DNA of 38,421 bases, taken from positions 1 through 38,421 of the forward strand of contig JAYGCN010000090.1 of NCBI GenBank assembly GCA_046583315.1. The letters run 5' to 3'. This document shows, piece by piece, positions 38,297 to 38,421 of this stretch. The notes beneath the pieces are model-generated. The model ran no database searches. It was not told where the DNA came from and saw nothing but the letters and a program-made list of their open reading frames with translations. Position numbers and translations under genes: made by a program. The stretch comes from Candidatus Hydrogenedentota bacterium. Its GTDB lineage: Bacteria; Hydrogenedentota; Hydrogenedentia; Hydrogenedentales; GCA-2746185. Numbering within the stretch: position 1 is the first letter of the stretch; each line of letters opens with the position of its first letter.

Positions 38297-38421
38297 TTAG
38301 TTAGGGGCATTTGTGTGCTCAATGAGTGCCCTGGCCCGCCACTCCGCAATCATCGCTACACCGGCCGCCTCGATGGTGTAGCCGCGGGCATCCAGATCCG
38401 TGGATTCGGCTGATAATCTGT
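38297..38421 (-). CDS. Probable 3' end of an unidentified gene entering from the right edge
   Basis: Open frame RLSAESTDLDARGYTIEAAGVAMIAEWRARALIEHTNAPN-TAA in GC-rich, coding-like sequence. Confidence 0.35.
   Translation of the reverse strand, partial: RLSAESTDLDARGYTIEAAGVAMIAEWRARALIEHTNAPN

Overview
Bacterial chromosomal window from a diderm organism (it encodes a TonB-dependent receptor and an LPS heptosyltransferase-type GT9). No rRNA, tRNA, CRISPR array, phage or transposase was seen. From left to right: partial carB, greA, amidohydrolase, acyl-CoA dehydrogenase, a YfiR-family gene with a frameshifted TonB-dependent receptor, infA, a crotonase, and a dcw cluster (mraZ-STAS-rsmH-ftsL-ftsI-murE-murF-mraY-murD-ftsW-murG) ending in a macrodomain gene. 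These are followed by a three-gene signalling operon (Cache/HAMP/PAS histidine kinase, REC-HD-GYP, REC-HDOD), a small membrane protein with waaF, an internally deleted hybrid-kinase remnant, TetR-icmF, a DUF6807-like lipoprotein and an ECF sigma/anti-sigma/DUF4097 operon. Three observations stand out. (1) The dcw cluster is atypical: a STAS protein with Tyr at the usual phospho-Ser position sits between mraZ and rsmH, MraY carries a ~120-aa inserted domain, and a macrodomain gene occupies the murC position. (2) Sensory and signalling genes are selectively damaged (2 in-frame stops, 3 frameshifts, 1 large in-frame deletion) while the housekeeping genes read through intact. (3) A terminator lies between a likely promoter and greA, resembling an attenuator.
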